From Chloroflexota bacterium (GTDB lineage Bacteria > Chloroflexota > Dehalococcoidia > GIF9 > AB-539-J10): 64,000 nucleotides of DNA. Under the pieces are notes generated by a model. That model was not told the DNA's origin and did not search any database. It worked only from the letters and a program-made list of their open reading frames with translations. The DNA is taken from the NCBI GenBank assembly GCA_034722275.1, contig JAYENW010000001.1:4418-68417 (forward strand). Direction: 5' to 3'. The position numbers and the translations under genes were made by a program. How positions within the stretch are numbered: the first letter of the stretch is position 1; each line of letters begins with the position of its first letter. Shown in pieces: positions 49,818 to 59,647 of the stretch.

Positions 49818-50624
49818 CTATATTATCCTGGCTTCCCTCAGTTTTTCTGCCAGTTTAGCTGCTGCCTCAGCGGTGGTTTCTCCTTCAACAAGTTCACACT
49901 TGCGCTCTCTTGCCGGGATAAAAAGCTTCAACAGTTTTCTGCGCGCTGCTGCAGCTCCAACTTGAGCTGGATCGACATCGATATCCGCAGCTTTCCACAC
50001 AGGAATCTGCCTCCTGGCTGCAGATATGATTCCCAACCCAGATGGAAGTCGGGCCTGGCCAACTTCGTTACTGACTGTTACTACTGCTGGTGTTGGAACG
50101 ACAAATACTTGGTAGCCATCGAGTGTTACTCTCTTCACCTTCAATCCCTCTTCGACAAGCTCTGCATCTTCAGCCAATATCACTAAAGATGAACTTAGAT
50201 TCTCGGCGATTATTGAACCCACCAAGCCTTCATCCCAATCTGCTGCCTGTCGCCCACACAGGACAAGGTCATATTCTCCAATTTTTTGTATTGCTTTGGT
50301 CAGGATATAAGCTGCCCCAAAGCTATCCGATCCTTCGAATGCTGCGTCGTTTAGAACAAATCCATCGTCAGCTCCCATTGATATAGCGTGTTTAACAACC
50401 TTCTCAGCACCATCACCACCTGCCGTTAACACGGTTATCTTGCCTCCATTCCTCTCTTTTAATCTCAGCGCCAGTTCAACTGCCTGTGCATCATATGGAT
50501 TTATCACTGGTGGTATACCCTCTGGAGGTACAACTTGCTTTGCTTCGGAATTAACCTTGAACTTTGCTGGTGGAATATCTGGATCGAGTACTTGTTTAAC
50601 ACAAACTATGATATTCATTTGCAC
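49818..50624 (-). CDS. etfB: Electron transfer flavoprotein beta subunit
   Basis: 268 aa, MNIIVCVKQVLD EtfB N-terminus. Confidence 0.9.
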   Translation of the reverse strand: MQMNIIVCVKQVLDPDIPPAKFKVNSEAKQVVPPEGIPPVINPYDAQAVELALRLKERNGGKITVLTAGGDGAEKVVKHAISMGADDGFVLNDAAFEGSDSFGAAYILTKAIQKIGEYDLVLCGRQAADWDEGLVGSIIAENLSSSLVILAEDAELVEEGLKVKRVTLDGYQVFVVPTPAVVTVSNEVGQARLPSGLGIISAARRQIPVWKAADIDVDPAQVGAAAARRKLLKLFIPARERKCELVEGETTAEAAAKLAEKLREARII

Positions 50625-50630
50625 TCCTTT

Positions 50631-50909
50631 CTATCCGTACTGATAGCATATGCCAAATCCAGGTCTTGGTAGAGTCCAGTCAATGGCTCCTTTATCACAT
50701 GCAATGTGACAACTGCCGCATTCCAGGCAGCCTTCATAAGAGAAGGTAATGTGTCCTTCACTCAGTTTGTAGCAGTTGGCAGGACAAACATATAGACATA
50801 CATGTTCTTGACAGGATTTGCAAATGTCCTCGTTTATCTTGATATGGACATCTTTGTCTATATCGAACTTATTAACTGATAATTTATCTTCGATGCTGAT
50901 AGTACTCAT
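50631..50909 (-). CDS. fixX: Ferredoxin-like protein FixX
   Basis: 92 aa, CKSCQEHVCLYVCP and CLECGSCHIAC cysteine motifs. Confidence 0.85.
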   Translation of the reverse strand: MSTISIEDKLSVNKFDIDKDVHIKINEDICKSCQEHVCLYVCPANCYKLSEGHITFSYEGCLECGSCHIACDKGAIDWTLPRPGFGICYQYG

Positions 50910-52195
50910 ATAGCCCCTTTACCCCGTATTAAGTCTGGAACTATTTGCCACAGCGAAGCCTTGTCTTCTAGCGACCTCTTAAACAAATTCCATGTTGTCC
51001 TCCTCGGCTGACCATCGCTGATGAAGATTCTCTGTGCCAAGTCGCAGGCCAAATCGGGATACAGATTGTAAATGTGAGGGCTTTCCAAAAAATGTGGTGC
51101 CTTCTTAAAAGTTTTCAGGTCTTTGAGCACGAAGTTATCTTCAAGTAATCGTTTATAATAAGAAAGAGATTCCTCTGAAAAATCGTTCTCTTGTTTGGCT
51201 CTGATTATGGTCTGGGCTGCGGCTATGCCAGAGGCAATGGCGAAATTAGCTCCCTCTAGTATTAATCCAGTTCCTAGAACCATGGCGGCGGCATCGCCGG
51301 CGACGAGAAAACCATCACTGTATAACTTGGGCAGCATATTGATTCCGGAAACTGGGATAAGGTGTCCGGAGTATTCTACGAGCTTACCTCCTTTGATTAC
51401 CTTGGCTACTTCCGGGTGGGTCTTAAATTTTTCAAGTAAGTCATTGGCTTGAATTTTTCTTTCAGCAAGGGCGTTTAATTGAGCCACGACTCCTATCGAT
51501 AGGCTATCTTTATTGGTATAGATAAAGCCACCGCCCGGTAATCCTTCTGTACAGGAACCAACGAACGCCCATGACATACCCTCATCACCAGTTAAATTGA
51601 AACGCTGTTCAAGTATTTCCCGGGGAAACTCTATAATCTCTTTCACTCCTTGCTTTATATCTTCTGGCGAGAGTTCTTCCCTGAGCCCGGCTTTTTGAGC
51701 CAAAACGGAGTTCACGCCATCGCAAGCAACAACTACACTAGCTGGTAGCTCATCGCCACCTGCCCTTATGCCTGTCACTCGGTTCTCGTTCCAGAGGAGG
51801 TCATCAGCTCCTAACCCCGGTGCCACGATAGCACCTGCTTCTTGAACTTTATCGGCAAGCCAGCGGTCAAATTTGGAACGCAGAATAATGAAGCCATTGT
51901 GTGAGGGCTGGCTGAATTTAGGAGTCGTGAATTCTAGAGAGAGACAATCCTCATCGGAGAGAAATGAAATCCTCTGGCGAGTAACGTATCTTTCAAAAGG
52001 CGCTTCTTCACAAAAATTTGGGAATAGCTTGAGCAATTCTGGGCCATAAAAGGCGCCACCCCACATGTTTTTTGCACCGGCAAATTTTCCCCTCTCCACC
52101 ACCAATGTTTGCAACCCGGCCTGCGCTAGCTTATAGCCACAGGCACAACCGGCTGGCCCTGCCCCCACTATTATGGCATCGAATCCTTGTTCCAT
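50906..52195 (-). CDS. fixC: FixC-type FAD-dependent oxidoreductase (ETF-quinone oxidoreductase-like)
   Basis: FDAIIVGAGPAGCACGYKLA FAD motif, 429 aa, 4-nt overlap with fixX. Confidence 0.85.
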   Translation of the reverse strand: MEQGFDAIIVGAGPAGCACGYKLAQAGLQTLVVERGKFAGAKNMWGGAFYGPELLKLFPNFCEEAPFERYVTRQRISFLSDEDCLSLEFTTPKFSQPSHNGFIILRSKFDRWLADKVQEAGAIVAPGLGADDLLWNENRVTGIRAGGDELPASVVVACDGVNSVLAQKAGLREELSPEDIKQGVKEIIEFPREILEQRFNLTGDEGMSWAFVGSCTEGLPGGGFIYTNKDSLSIGVVAQLNALAERKIQANDLLEKFKTHPEVAKVIKGGKLVEYSGHLIPVSGINMLPKLYSDGFLVAGDAAAMVLGTGLILEGANFAIASGIAAAQTIIRAKQENDFSEESLSYYKRLLEDNFVLKDLKTFKKAPHFLESPHIYNLYPDLACDLAQRIFISDGQPRRTTWNLFKRSLEDKASLWQIVPDLIRGKGAI

Positions 52196-52206
52196 GGCGA
52201 CATATA

Positions 52207-53364
52207 TTATGAGGTGAAGGCTGGCATCTCAAGAAGTCGCTGCCCGACGGTTAATTTGTGTATGTTGCCTGTACCGCCAAGTATGGTGGCGGTGATGATA
52301 TCCTGATAGTGATGGCCTACAGGGTAGTCATCGAAGGTGCCGAATGAGCCATGAATCTTGACCGCCTCTGCTGTTATCCAGAGCGCGCTTTCGGTGGCAA
52401 AATACTTGGCATAAGACATCTCTTTGATATGGCGCACTCCTCGGCTCTTAAGGTCGGCAACATAATAAGTAAGCCACCTAGCTGCCTCGATCTTTGTTGC
52501 CATTTCAGCTATTGTACCCTGTATTAACTGGTGACCACCTAAAGGCTTGCCGAATTGCACGCGTTCCTTGGCATATTTTATAGAGGCATCGAGGCAACTC
52601 TGAGCAACACCGACAGCACCTGCAGCTAAGAAAAGACGGGCGGTATCAATGCCTCGCAGGGCATCTCTGAGGCCACGCCCTGCCTCTGAAAGCTGATTTT
52701 CCAGTGGTATCTTACAGTCGGTAAATCTCATCATACCCTCGCTACCGCCCCGCCAGCTTATTCTCCCTATCTGGGCTGTGCTGGAATATCCTGGCGTGCC
52801 TTTCTCAACGAGAAAAGAAGCTAGTCCTCTGACCCCCTTGCTTTTATCTGTTTGTGCTACAACTATGGCTACATCAGCCTCGGCACCATTGGTAATGAAA
52901 ATTTTATTACCATTGAGAACCCAGTAGTTTCCATCCCGCACCGCCATGGTTTCAATCAGGGAGGAATCGCTGCCAGCATTGGACTCAACTACAGCCCCAG
53001 ATAGAATTTTCTCGCCCTTACACACAGGGGGTAGCCACTTCCTCTTCTGTTCCTCAGTGCCAGCATCGAGGAGATTGGTTCCCGGCTGTATCGGGCCGCT
53101 GCTTGCTGCCTGTGTTACGGCAAGACTGGCCCAGCAAAGCTGTTCCCAGATAATGCAGGTGGTGATGTAATCAAGCCCCAATCCGCCGTATTCCTGGGGC
53201 AAATGCGGTGCCAGCAGTCCGACATCGCCCATCTTCTTAATAAGCCCTATGTCGAACTTCTCCTGCCGCTCATTTTCCTTGAGATTTGGTAGAATCTCCT
53301 GCTCGGCGAACTTGCGCGCCATATCACGGAACATTATCTGCTCTTCACTGAATTCAAAATTCAT
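52207..53364 (-). CDS. Acyl-CoA dehydrogenase family protein (atypical catalytic-base positions)
   Basis: 385 aa ACAD fold throughout; C-terminal ILGGTGNIHKLTVGQRLL where canonical YEGT Glu is Gly. Confidence 0.8.
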   Translation of the reverse strand: MNFEFSEEQIMFRDMARKFAEQEILPNLKENERQEKFDIGLIKKMGDVGLLAPHLPQEYGGLGLDYITTCIIWEQLCWASLAVTQAASSGPIQPGTNLLDAGTEEQKRKWLPPVCKGEKILSGAVVESNAGSDSSLIETMAVRDGNYWVLNGNKIFITNGAEADVAIVVAQTDKSKGVRGLASFLVEKGTPGYSSTAQIGRISWRGGSEGMMRFTDCKIPLENQLSEAGRGLRDALRGIDTARLFLAAGAVGVAQSCLDASIKYAKERVQFGKPLGGHQLIQGTIAEMATKIEAARWLTYYVADLKSRGVRHIKEMSYAKYFATESALWITAEAVKIHGSFGTFDDYPVGHHYQDIITATILGGTGNIHKLTVGQRLLEMPAFTS

Positions 53365-53402
53365 TCTTTATACCTCCAGAATTTAGGCTATCACAATTAC
53401 CT

Positions 53403-53804
53403 TTATTCTTCTTTTTGCACCAGCTCAACGAGAATGCCGTTGGTACCTTTCGGGTGAAGAAAGACGCTCATGCCCTCTGCCCCCGGTTTCGGAGTTCCGA
53501 TGGACTGCAGCCCTTTGGATTTCAGCCATTCGAGCTCTGCGTTTATATCATCTACCTCGAGGCAAACATGGTGAATTCCCTCACCGCGCTTTTCCAGAAA
53601 CTTCGCCATTACACTTGTGTCGGTGAGTGGTTGTATCAATTCCAGTGTGGCGCGGCCAACTTTTACCAGGCTTACTTTGAGATCTCTTTCATTACCTCCA
53701 ATTATGGGTGCAGCCGGCTCAAGCTGCAAAACTGAGCGATAGAAATCCATAGCTTTTTCTAGGTCCTTCACTGCAAGGCCAAGATGACTAATCTGTTTTA
53801 TCAT
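53403..53804 (-). CDS. mce: Methylmalonyl-CoA epimerase (VOC/glyoxalase fold)
   Basis: 133 aa, ISHLGLAVKDLEKAMDFY...GIHHVCLEVDDI... Confidence 0.8.
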   Translation of the reverse strand: MIKQISHLGLAVKDLEKAMDFYRSVLQLEPAAPIIGGNERDLKVSLVKVGRATLELIQPLTDTSVMAKFLEKRGEGIHHVCLEVDDINAELEWLKSKGLQSIGTPKPGAEGMSVFLHPKGTNGILVELVQKEE

Positions 53805-53853
53805 TTGTACCCTCCTATTTAAAATAGTATCTTTCTATGCTGGCCACCAACAC

Positions 53854-55602
53854 TTACAACTCAGGCTGCTGGTAGAGACCAAATACCTCTGTGAAGACAT
53901 TGCTTATCTCGCCTATGGTAGCGTAGGTCTCAACGGCCTCCACTAAGGCAGGAATGGTATTGGCACTCTCATCTCGGGCTACCTCCTTTAGCTGCTTGAG
54001 ACTCGCCTTCACTGCCTCGTTATTTCTTTCTTTCTTTATCTTTTCCAGATTAGCAAGTTGTTCTTCCTCAGCTTTTGCTCTCTTCGCGGCGTCGTAAGGA
54101 TTTGGCACCATTCTATTAATACTGATTTCCAGTTCATTCTCGCCGGTGAATTTGTTAACACCTACAACAGTTTTTTTGCCACTCTCTATATCCTTCTGGT
54201 GTTCGTAGGCAGATTTAGCCAGCTCTCTCATGACCCAACCTGACTCAACGGCGGCTGGCATACCACCCATCTTGTCAATCTGGTCAATTATTTCGAAAGC
54301 CTCCTTCTCATATTTGTCGGTCAGGTATTCTACATAATAGGAACCAGCCAGGGGGTCAGATACATCGCATAACCTGGATTCGAACATTATGATTCGAGCT
54401 GCATCCTGTTCCAACTGGATGGCTTCCATGCTGTGCCCCAAGCCCAAAGCTTCATCGAAGGGCGGATAGCAAGTTGGAACATACCCGGATAATGCCTCGG
54501 CAACACCACCTATCACGCTGCGCGTCAGGTTGTTCAGTGGTCTCTGCTTGGTGCAATTATCGTGCCCCATGGTGCAGCCGCCAACATCACGGTAAATCAG
54601 ACCTCTGGGGTCCTTGGCTCCAAACCTCTCCTTCAGAATTCTAGCCCACATGCGGCGGGCTGCTCTGAGCACCGCTACTTCTTTCAACATTTCCATGGTG
54701 CCACTCAAATCGTTGAAGCTCATCAATGGTGCAACTGTATCAATATCCAGTCCTGCATCTAACCCCAACTGGCCATAGGCAATGGCAGCTGACAGAGAAA
54801 AGCCCAACACCTGAGCTCGCGTCGCTCCTGCTTCACGGAAGTGGTGGCCGTTAATGCTTACTGGGTGCATCCTTGGCATCTCTTTAGCCGCCCATATGAT
54901 GGTATCCCTGGTTAACCTCATCTGAGGCTTAACCGGCCATATTGGCGTTCCTCTGGAATCATATTCCTTCAAGTTATCGTTTTGAGGTGTACATCTTAGT
55001 TTGTTGATGGGGATGCCCCTCTTCTTGGCTAGAGCGATATATAGCGCCACAAGAGTATTGGCTTCGGGATTTATCGTCCACGCGGAGTTAATCTTGTCCA
55101 GATCGGAGCCATCCTTGAAGGGTGCATAGAGTATCTCCCAGTCTCTTAAAGTGTCTATTGCTACTCCAGTCTTTCCCACTTCACCTTTGACTTCAGGGGC
55201 ATCAGAGTCATAGCCACATTGAGTTGGCAAATCAAGAGCTAGGTTCATACCTGGGACTCGTCCATAAGACATCATTGCTTGATAATATTCTGCGGTATCT
55301 GCAGCGGTGCCATATCCTGAATATCGCCCTGCTCTTACCAAACCGCCGCCAGCTAATGAATGGCCACCACCTACTGCTGGTGCGGCACCGGGTGCCTGGC
55401 AGGCATACTTACCAGCAGTGTAAGGATACTCTCCAGGAAAGCCAACGTCCTTTAAGAAATCAAATTTCTTTACATCTGGAGGCGCATAGAACTCAGTGGT
55501 GCTTTCACTTACTCCAAACCGTTTCAGAGTCTGTTTAAGTGGCCCTTCCTCCCATTCTTTCCTTTTCCTTTCAATCTCTTTTAACTCTTCTTCGCTGAAC
55601 AT
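53854..55602 (-). CDS. Methylmalonyl-CoA mutase family catalytic (large) subunit, no fused B12 domain
   Basis: 582 aa; LALDLPTQCGYDSD, TPQNDNLKEY; Gly/Ala-rich insertion CQAPGAAPAVGGGHSLAGGGLVRAG. Confidence 0.85.
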   Translation of the reverse strand: MFSEEELKEIERKRKEWEEGPLKQTLKRFGVSESTTEFYAPPDVKKFDFLKDVGFPGEYPYTAGKYACQAPGAAPAVGGGHSLAGGGLVRAGRYSGYGTAADTAEYYQAMMSYGRVPGMNLALDLPTQCGYDSDAPEVKGEVGKTGVAIDTLRDWEILYAPFKDGSDLDKINSAWTINPEANTLVALYIALAKKRGIPINKLRCTPQNDNLKEYDSRGTPIWPVKPQMRLTRDTIIWAAKEMPRMHPVSINGHHFREAGATRAQVLGFSLSAAIAYGQLGLDAGLDIDTVAPLMSFNDLSGTMEMLKEVAVLRAARRMWARILKERFGAKDPRGLIYRDVGGCTMGHDNCTKQRPLNNLTRSVIGGVAEALSGYVPTCYPPFDEALGLGHSMEAIQLEQDAARIIMFESRLCDVSDPLAGSYYVEYLTDKYEKEAFEIIDQIDKMGGMPAAVESGWVMRELAKSAYEHQKDIESGKKTVVGVNKFTGENELEISINRMVPNPYDAAKRAKAEEEQLANLEKIKKERNNEAVKASLKQLKEVARDESANTIPALVEAVETYATIGEISNVFTEVFGLYQQPEL

Positions 55603-55618
55603 CTCTTTTTACCTCCTT

Positions 55619-57121
55619 TTAAGTCTTCATTGTCCCTTTTCCTGCTAACCTTTGGTGGAAATCAAAGGCCTTGCTCAATATGTGTGGTTCATGTCCTCCT
55701 TTAACCTCAGCTTCGTGGAAGTAATCCCATAAGAGTGGCTTGTAATCAGGGTGAGCACACTTTTCTATGATCTCTTTGGCTCGCTCTCTGGGATCCAAAC
55801 CTCTGAGATCTGCTAAACCTTGCTCAGTTACTACAGCGCTTACTTCGTGTTCTGTATGGTCAACATGGGAAACCATGGGAACTATGGCAGAAATAGCACC
55901 TTTTCTAGCTGTGGAAGGGCTCATGAATATGGAGAGGTACCCATTTCTGGAAAACTCTATAGAGCCGGCTACACCTGTCATGATGTGTGTCCCGCTCACA
56001 TGGCTGCTGTTTATGTGTCCGTAAATGTCCATCTCTATGGCGGTGTTTAATGCAATTACCCCCAATCTGCGAATTACCTCAGGGCTATTGACTATATCTA
56101 TGGGCCTGAGGATGATCTTTTCCTTATATCTTTCCACGTTCTTCACGAGTTTTTGTAAAGCTTCGTCTGTGAAGAAAAGTCCTACGCCATCGGCGGCTCT
56201 TATCTTACCGCTGTCGATAAGATCGAGCACACCATCATCTATCAAAGCTGAGTGTACCTCCAAATTTTCGAATTTTGATTGCTCAAGCTCGCTGAGGATA
56301 GCTCCTCCCAGTGCTCCCAAACCTGTCTGGAAGGGAAGGAGGTTTTCAGGCAACCTCTTGGCTTGCACTTCCTGTTCAAAGAAACTGACTATGTTCTTGG
56401 CTATTGTTCTGCTTATCTCGTCTATAGTAGCCCTGCCGGAAGGGTTTGTTTTCTTATAGGAAACAATGATTCCCTTAACCTTTTCTGGGGCTACTTCCAT
56501 ATATGGCGTTCCAATCCTATCACTCACGCTGTTCAGAGGAATGGGTTTTCTATTTGGTGGAGAATCCGGGATATAGATATCGTGCATGCCACTTAATTCC
56601 AGAGGCATGTTCAGGTTAATCTCAACAATGACATTATCCGCATATCGTAAAAATGTGGCTTCGTCACCAACGTTGATGGTAGGAACAACGTACCCTTGAT
56701 CGGTTATCTCTACTGCCTCAACGACGGCAAAATCCAGCTTGCCCAGAGAACCTTTCCTTACTTCGAGGGGAACCCAGGCGGCTCCCATATCGGCATAATG
56801 AATCTCTCCCTTGTTGGCCGCCTTAGCCAAAACAGGATTCGCTTGATGGGCAAGTCTCCTATTAAGCATACCAGTCTCTGCTAATTTACCATCGACTTCG
56901 GGGCTCAATGGAGCGCAGGACCAGAGGTCTACTTTGAATCTTTCACCCTGCTCTGCTCGTCTGGTGAGTGCTTCAAAAAATGAGATGGGACAGCCAGCGG
57001 TGGGTGTCCCACAAGTTCCAATGCGCATTCCATTTTCCACGAATTTTGCTGCTTCCTCAGCAGATAATATCTTTTCTCTTAGTGGTTCGAATTTAATTCT
57101 TTCTTTTACCGATTCGTCCAT
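55619..57121 (-). CDS. Acetyl-CoA hydrolase/transferase family CoA-transferase (succinyl-CoA:acetate / propionyl-CoA:succinate type)
   Basis: 500 aa, two-domain AcetylCoA_hydro pattern. Confidence 0.75.
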   Translation of the reverse strand: MDESVKERIKFEPLREKILSAEEAAKFVENGMRIGTCGTPTAGCPISFFEALTRRAEQGERFKVDLWSCAPLSPEVDGKLAETGMLNRRLAHQANPVLAKAANKGEIHYADMGAAWVPLEVRKGSLGKLDFAVVEAVEITDQGYVVPTINVGDEATFLRYADNVIVEINLNMPLELSGMHDIYIPDSPPNRKPIPLNSVSDRIGTPYMEVAPEKVKGIIVSYKKTNPSGRATIDEISRTIAKNIVSFFEQEVQAKRLPENLLPFQTGLGALGGAILSELEQSKFENLEVHSALIDDGVLDLIDSGKIRAADGVGLFFTDEALQKLVKNVERYKEKIILRPIDIVNSPEVIRRLGVIALNTAIEMDIYGHINSSHVSGTHIMTGVAGSIEFSRNGYLSIFMSPSTARKGAISAIVPMVSHVDHTEHEVSAVVTEQGLADLRGLDPRERAKEIIEKCAHPDYKPLLWDYFHEAEVKGGHEPHILSKAFDFHQRLAGKGTMKT

Positions 57122-57123
57122 TT

Positions 57124-58011
57124 CTACCTTCTTGATTTCTTCAAAGCTTCTTTAGCCAGAGAGGCTACCTCTTTCGCTGTTTTGGCTACTGGCACCCCGG
57201 CTTTCTCTAGGGCTTTCACCTTAGAATCATATGAGCCTCTTCCTCCAGTGATAATAGCTCCAGCATGGCCCATGATCTTGCCTGGAGGTGCTGTCCTTCC
57301 GGCTATAATTGCCACTACCGGCTTGGAAATATCGCTCTGGATATACTCTGCTGCCTCTTCTTCACTGGTGCGGCCAATCTCACCAATAAGCACGATTACC
57401 TTTGTCTCTGGGTCTTGCTCGTATAATTTCAAGATATCCACAAAATTACTGCCTGTAACTGGATCTCCTCCTATCCCTAGTGAAGAAGTTTCCCCTAGGC
57501 CGGCTCTAGTAATCTCGTCGCCAACCTGATAGGAAAAAGTTCCACTGCGGGATACTATGCCCACTGGTCCTTTGCGATAAATATCGCCCGGGAAATACCC
57601 CATGGAGCATTCTTCAGCGCTGATTATTCCTGGGGAGTTAGGACCTATTAAAGTTGTGTTTGTTCCTTCCAATGCCTGCTTCACCAGCATCATGTCCTTA
57701 ACAGGCATCCGCTCCACTGCAACCACGATCACTTTAAGTTCGGCTTCTAAAGCCTCAAAGATCGCTTCTTTAACGAAAGCGGGAGGGACAAATAGAATCG
57801 AGGCATCAATCTGGTGAGAATTTACCGCCTCTCTCACTGTATTGTAGATGGGAACCCCCATGGTTTCGCTGCCGCCTTTGCCGGGAGTGATTCCAGCTAC
57901 TACTTTGGTGCCGTATTCCATCATTCTCTCTGTAGCAAAGTTACCCAGCTTCCCTGTGATTCCTTGGGCAAGTACTTTGGTGTCTTTATTTATCAGAATA
58001 CTCATTTTCAT
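57124..58011 (-). CDS. sucD: Succinyl-CoA synthetase alpha subunit
   Basis: 295 aa, CoA-binding ...VLAQGITGKLG...; catalytic His loop MGHAGAII. Confidence 0.9.
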   Translation of the reverse strand: MKMSILINKDTKVLAQGITGKLGNFATERMMEYGTKVVAGITPGKGGSETMGVPIYNTVREAVNSHQIDASILFVPPAFVKEAIFEALEAELKVIVVAVERMPVKDMMLVKQALEGTNTTLIGPNSPGIISAEECSMGYFPGDIYRKGPVGIVSRSGTFSYQVGDEITRAGLGETSSLGIGGDPVTGSNFVDILKLYEQDPETKVIVLIGEIGRTSEEEAAEYIQSDISKPVVAIIAGRTAPPGKIMGHAGAIITGGRGSYDSKVKALEKAGVPVAKTAKEVASLAKEALKKSRR

Positions 58012-59153
58012 TGTCCTCCCAGTTCGATTACTTTATGCACTGCATCCTCAACTTCCGCTTCGAGATGCAGGTAAGGAGATTTAGAGGCTGATAATATTTT
58101 CATTCCCTCTTTATTATAGCGGCCATGGAGGGTAGCTACTATGGGAACGCGCAAGCTTTTTTCCTTCTCCATCTCGTCGAGAGCTTCTATGATACCACTG
58201 GCAATGACATCACATCTCGGCCCTCCGGCAAATATGTAAATTAACAGTGCGGTCACATTGTGATTTTCCAGAACAATCTTGATACCATTTTTGATGGTGA
58301 CTGCCTGCGTTGCCTGTCCTCCCAAATCCAGAAAGTTGGCTGGGCTGCTGCCGTACTCCCGCATGAAGTCCATGGCTGCCATGGTAAGTCCGGCACCATT
58401 GCTTATTATGCCAATATTCCCATCCAGTAATACATAACTCAGCCCCAGTTCAGCAGCGCGCTCTTCGATATTTTTAGCTGGTCTTTTAGGAAGCTCAGGG
58501 TGTCTGGGAAGTCCACTATTATCGATATTGAATTTAGCGTCAGCGGCGACAACTTTTCCTTCATTTGTTACCACCAAGGGATTAATTTCAATGAGTTCTC
58601 CGTCCATATCCCAGTAGGTTTGATAGAGCCGCCGCGCTACATTAATAATCCCGTTGTGAAGTTCCTTGGGAAGTCCTGCTTCCTGAAGCTCGAATTGAAG
58701 CTGATAACCGAATAACCCATATCTAGGATCGATAAGAACCCTTTTGATAGCCGCGGGTTTCTGTGAGGCTAAATCTTCAATCTCCATTCCTCCTTCAGCG
58801 CTGAACATCAGAAGAGGGCAGCCTTCGTCGGGGTCAGTTATAATACCAAGATAGTATTCTCGCTTTATATCGAGGGCTTTCTCTACCAATATTTTCTCTA
58901 CGGGAACCCCCTTTATCTGCATGCGGAACAATTGCCCTGCCATTTCATAGGCTTCCTTTTCTGATTTGGGGAATTTTATGCCACCTGCCTTGCCTCTACC
59001 TCCTACAAGAACTTGGGATTTGAGTACCACATTTCCCCCCAAATCGCTATAGGCCTTTCTTGCTTCCTCTGCTGTCTGAGCAACCACTCCTTCTGGTACT
59101 GGAATTCCTGCTTTTCGGAAAAACCCTTTCGCTTCAAATTCGAGCAATTTCAT
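58008..59153 (-). CDS. sucC: Succinyl-CoA synthetase beta subunit (ATP-grasp)
   Basis: 381 aa, MKLLEFEAKGFFRKAGIPVPEG ATP-grasp N-terminus; 4-nt overlap with sucD. Confidence 0.9.
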   Translation of the reverse strand: MKLLEFEAKGFFRKAGIPVPEGVVAQTAEEARKAYSDLGGNVVLKSQVLVGGRGKAGGIKFPKSEKEAYEMAGQLFRMQIKGVPVEKILVEKALDIKREYYLGIITDPDEGCPLLMFSAEGGMEIEDLASQKPAAIKRVLIDPRYGLFGYQLQFELQEAGLPKELHNGIINVARRLYQTYWDMDGELIEINPLVVTNEGKVVAADAKFNIDNSGLPRHPELPKRPAKNIEERAAELGLSYVLLDGNIGIISNGAGLTMAAMDFMREYGSSPANFLDLGGQATQAVTIKNGIKIVLENHNVTALLIYIFAGGPRCDVIASGIIEALDEMEKEKSLRVPIVATLHGRYNKEGMKILSASKSPYLHLEAEVEDAVHKVIELGGQ

Positions 59154-59233
59154 GCTAACCTCCGTTTATCGCGTGAGCAGATCACAAATAATATTTCGTA
59201 ATGAGAAACATCCTGATTTCAAAATGTAATCAT

Positions 59234-59629
59234 CTAGGACTTGACATTCTGCTGAATATAATCTGCTACTTCTTTAATCGTTGACCCTTGGTCAAAGACC
59301 TCGTGTATTCCTTTCTCTTTCAAAAAAGGGACATCTTCATCCGGGATATTGCCGCCAGCCATGAATAAGACCTTATTCAGCCCCTTTTTCTTGGCCAACT
59401 CAACTACTCTGGGAAGGAGTTCCTTATGCGCTCCCGAGAGGATACTCATGCCTATCGCATCCGCCTTTTCCTTGATGGCCCGCTCCACTATTTCTTCCGG
59501 GGTTTTCCGCAGCCCGGTGTAGACGACATCCATCCCTTCATCTCTCAAACCCAGGGTCAGAACCCTCGCTCCACGCTCATGACCATCCAGTCCTGGCTTG
59601 GCAATGAGAACTTTTATCTTTTCTTTCAT
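59234..59629 (-). CDS. B12-binding domain protein (methylmalonyl-CoA mutase small/C-terminal-domain subunit)
   Basis: 131 aa, KVLIAKPGLDGHERGARV DxHxxG cobalamin-binding motif. Confidence 0.8.
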   Translation of the reverse strand: MKEKIKVLIAKPGLDGHERGARVLTLGLRDEGMDVVYTGLRKTPEEIVERAIKEKADAIGMSILSGAHKELLPRVVELAKKKGLNKVLFMAGGNIPDEDVPFLKEKGIHEVFDQGSTIKEVADYIQQNVKS

Positions 59630-59647
59630 GATACCTCCTCAATCTTT

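Noticed and set aside
53854-55602. Assignment of the mutase as isobutyryl-CoA or ethylmalonyl-CoA mutase
   Set aside because: By-eye, the two specificity positions look like Tyr/Arg, which is MCM-type. An adjacent methylmalonyl-CoA epimerase supports MCM. I kept this as an MCM-family call with uncertainty rather than renaming it.
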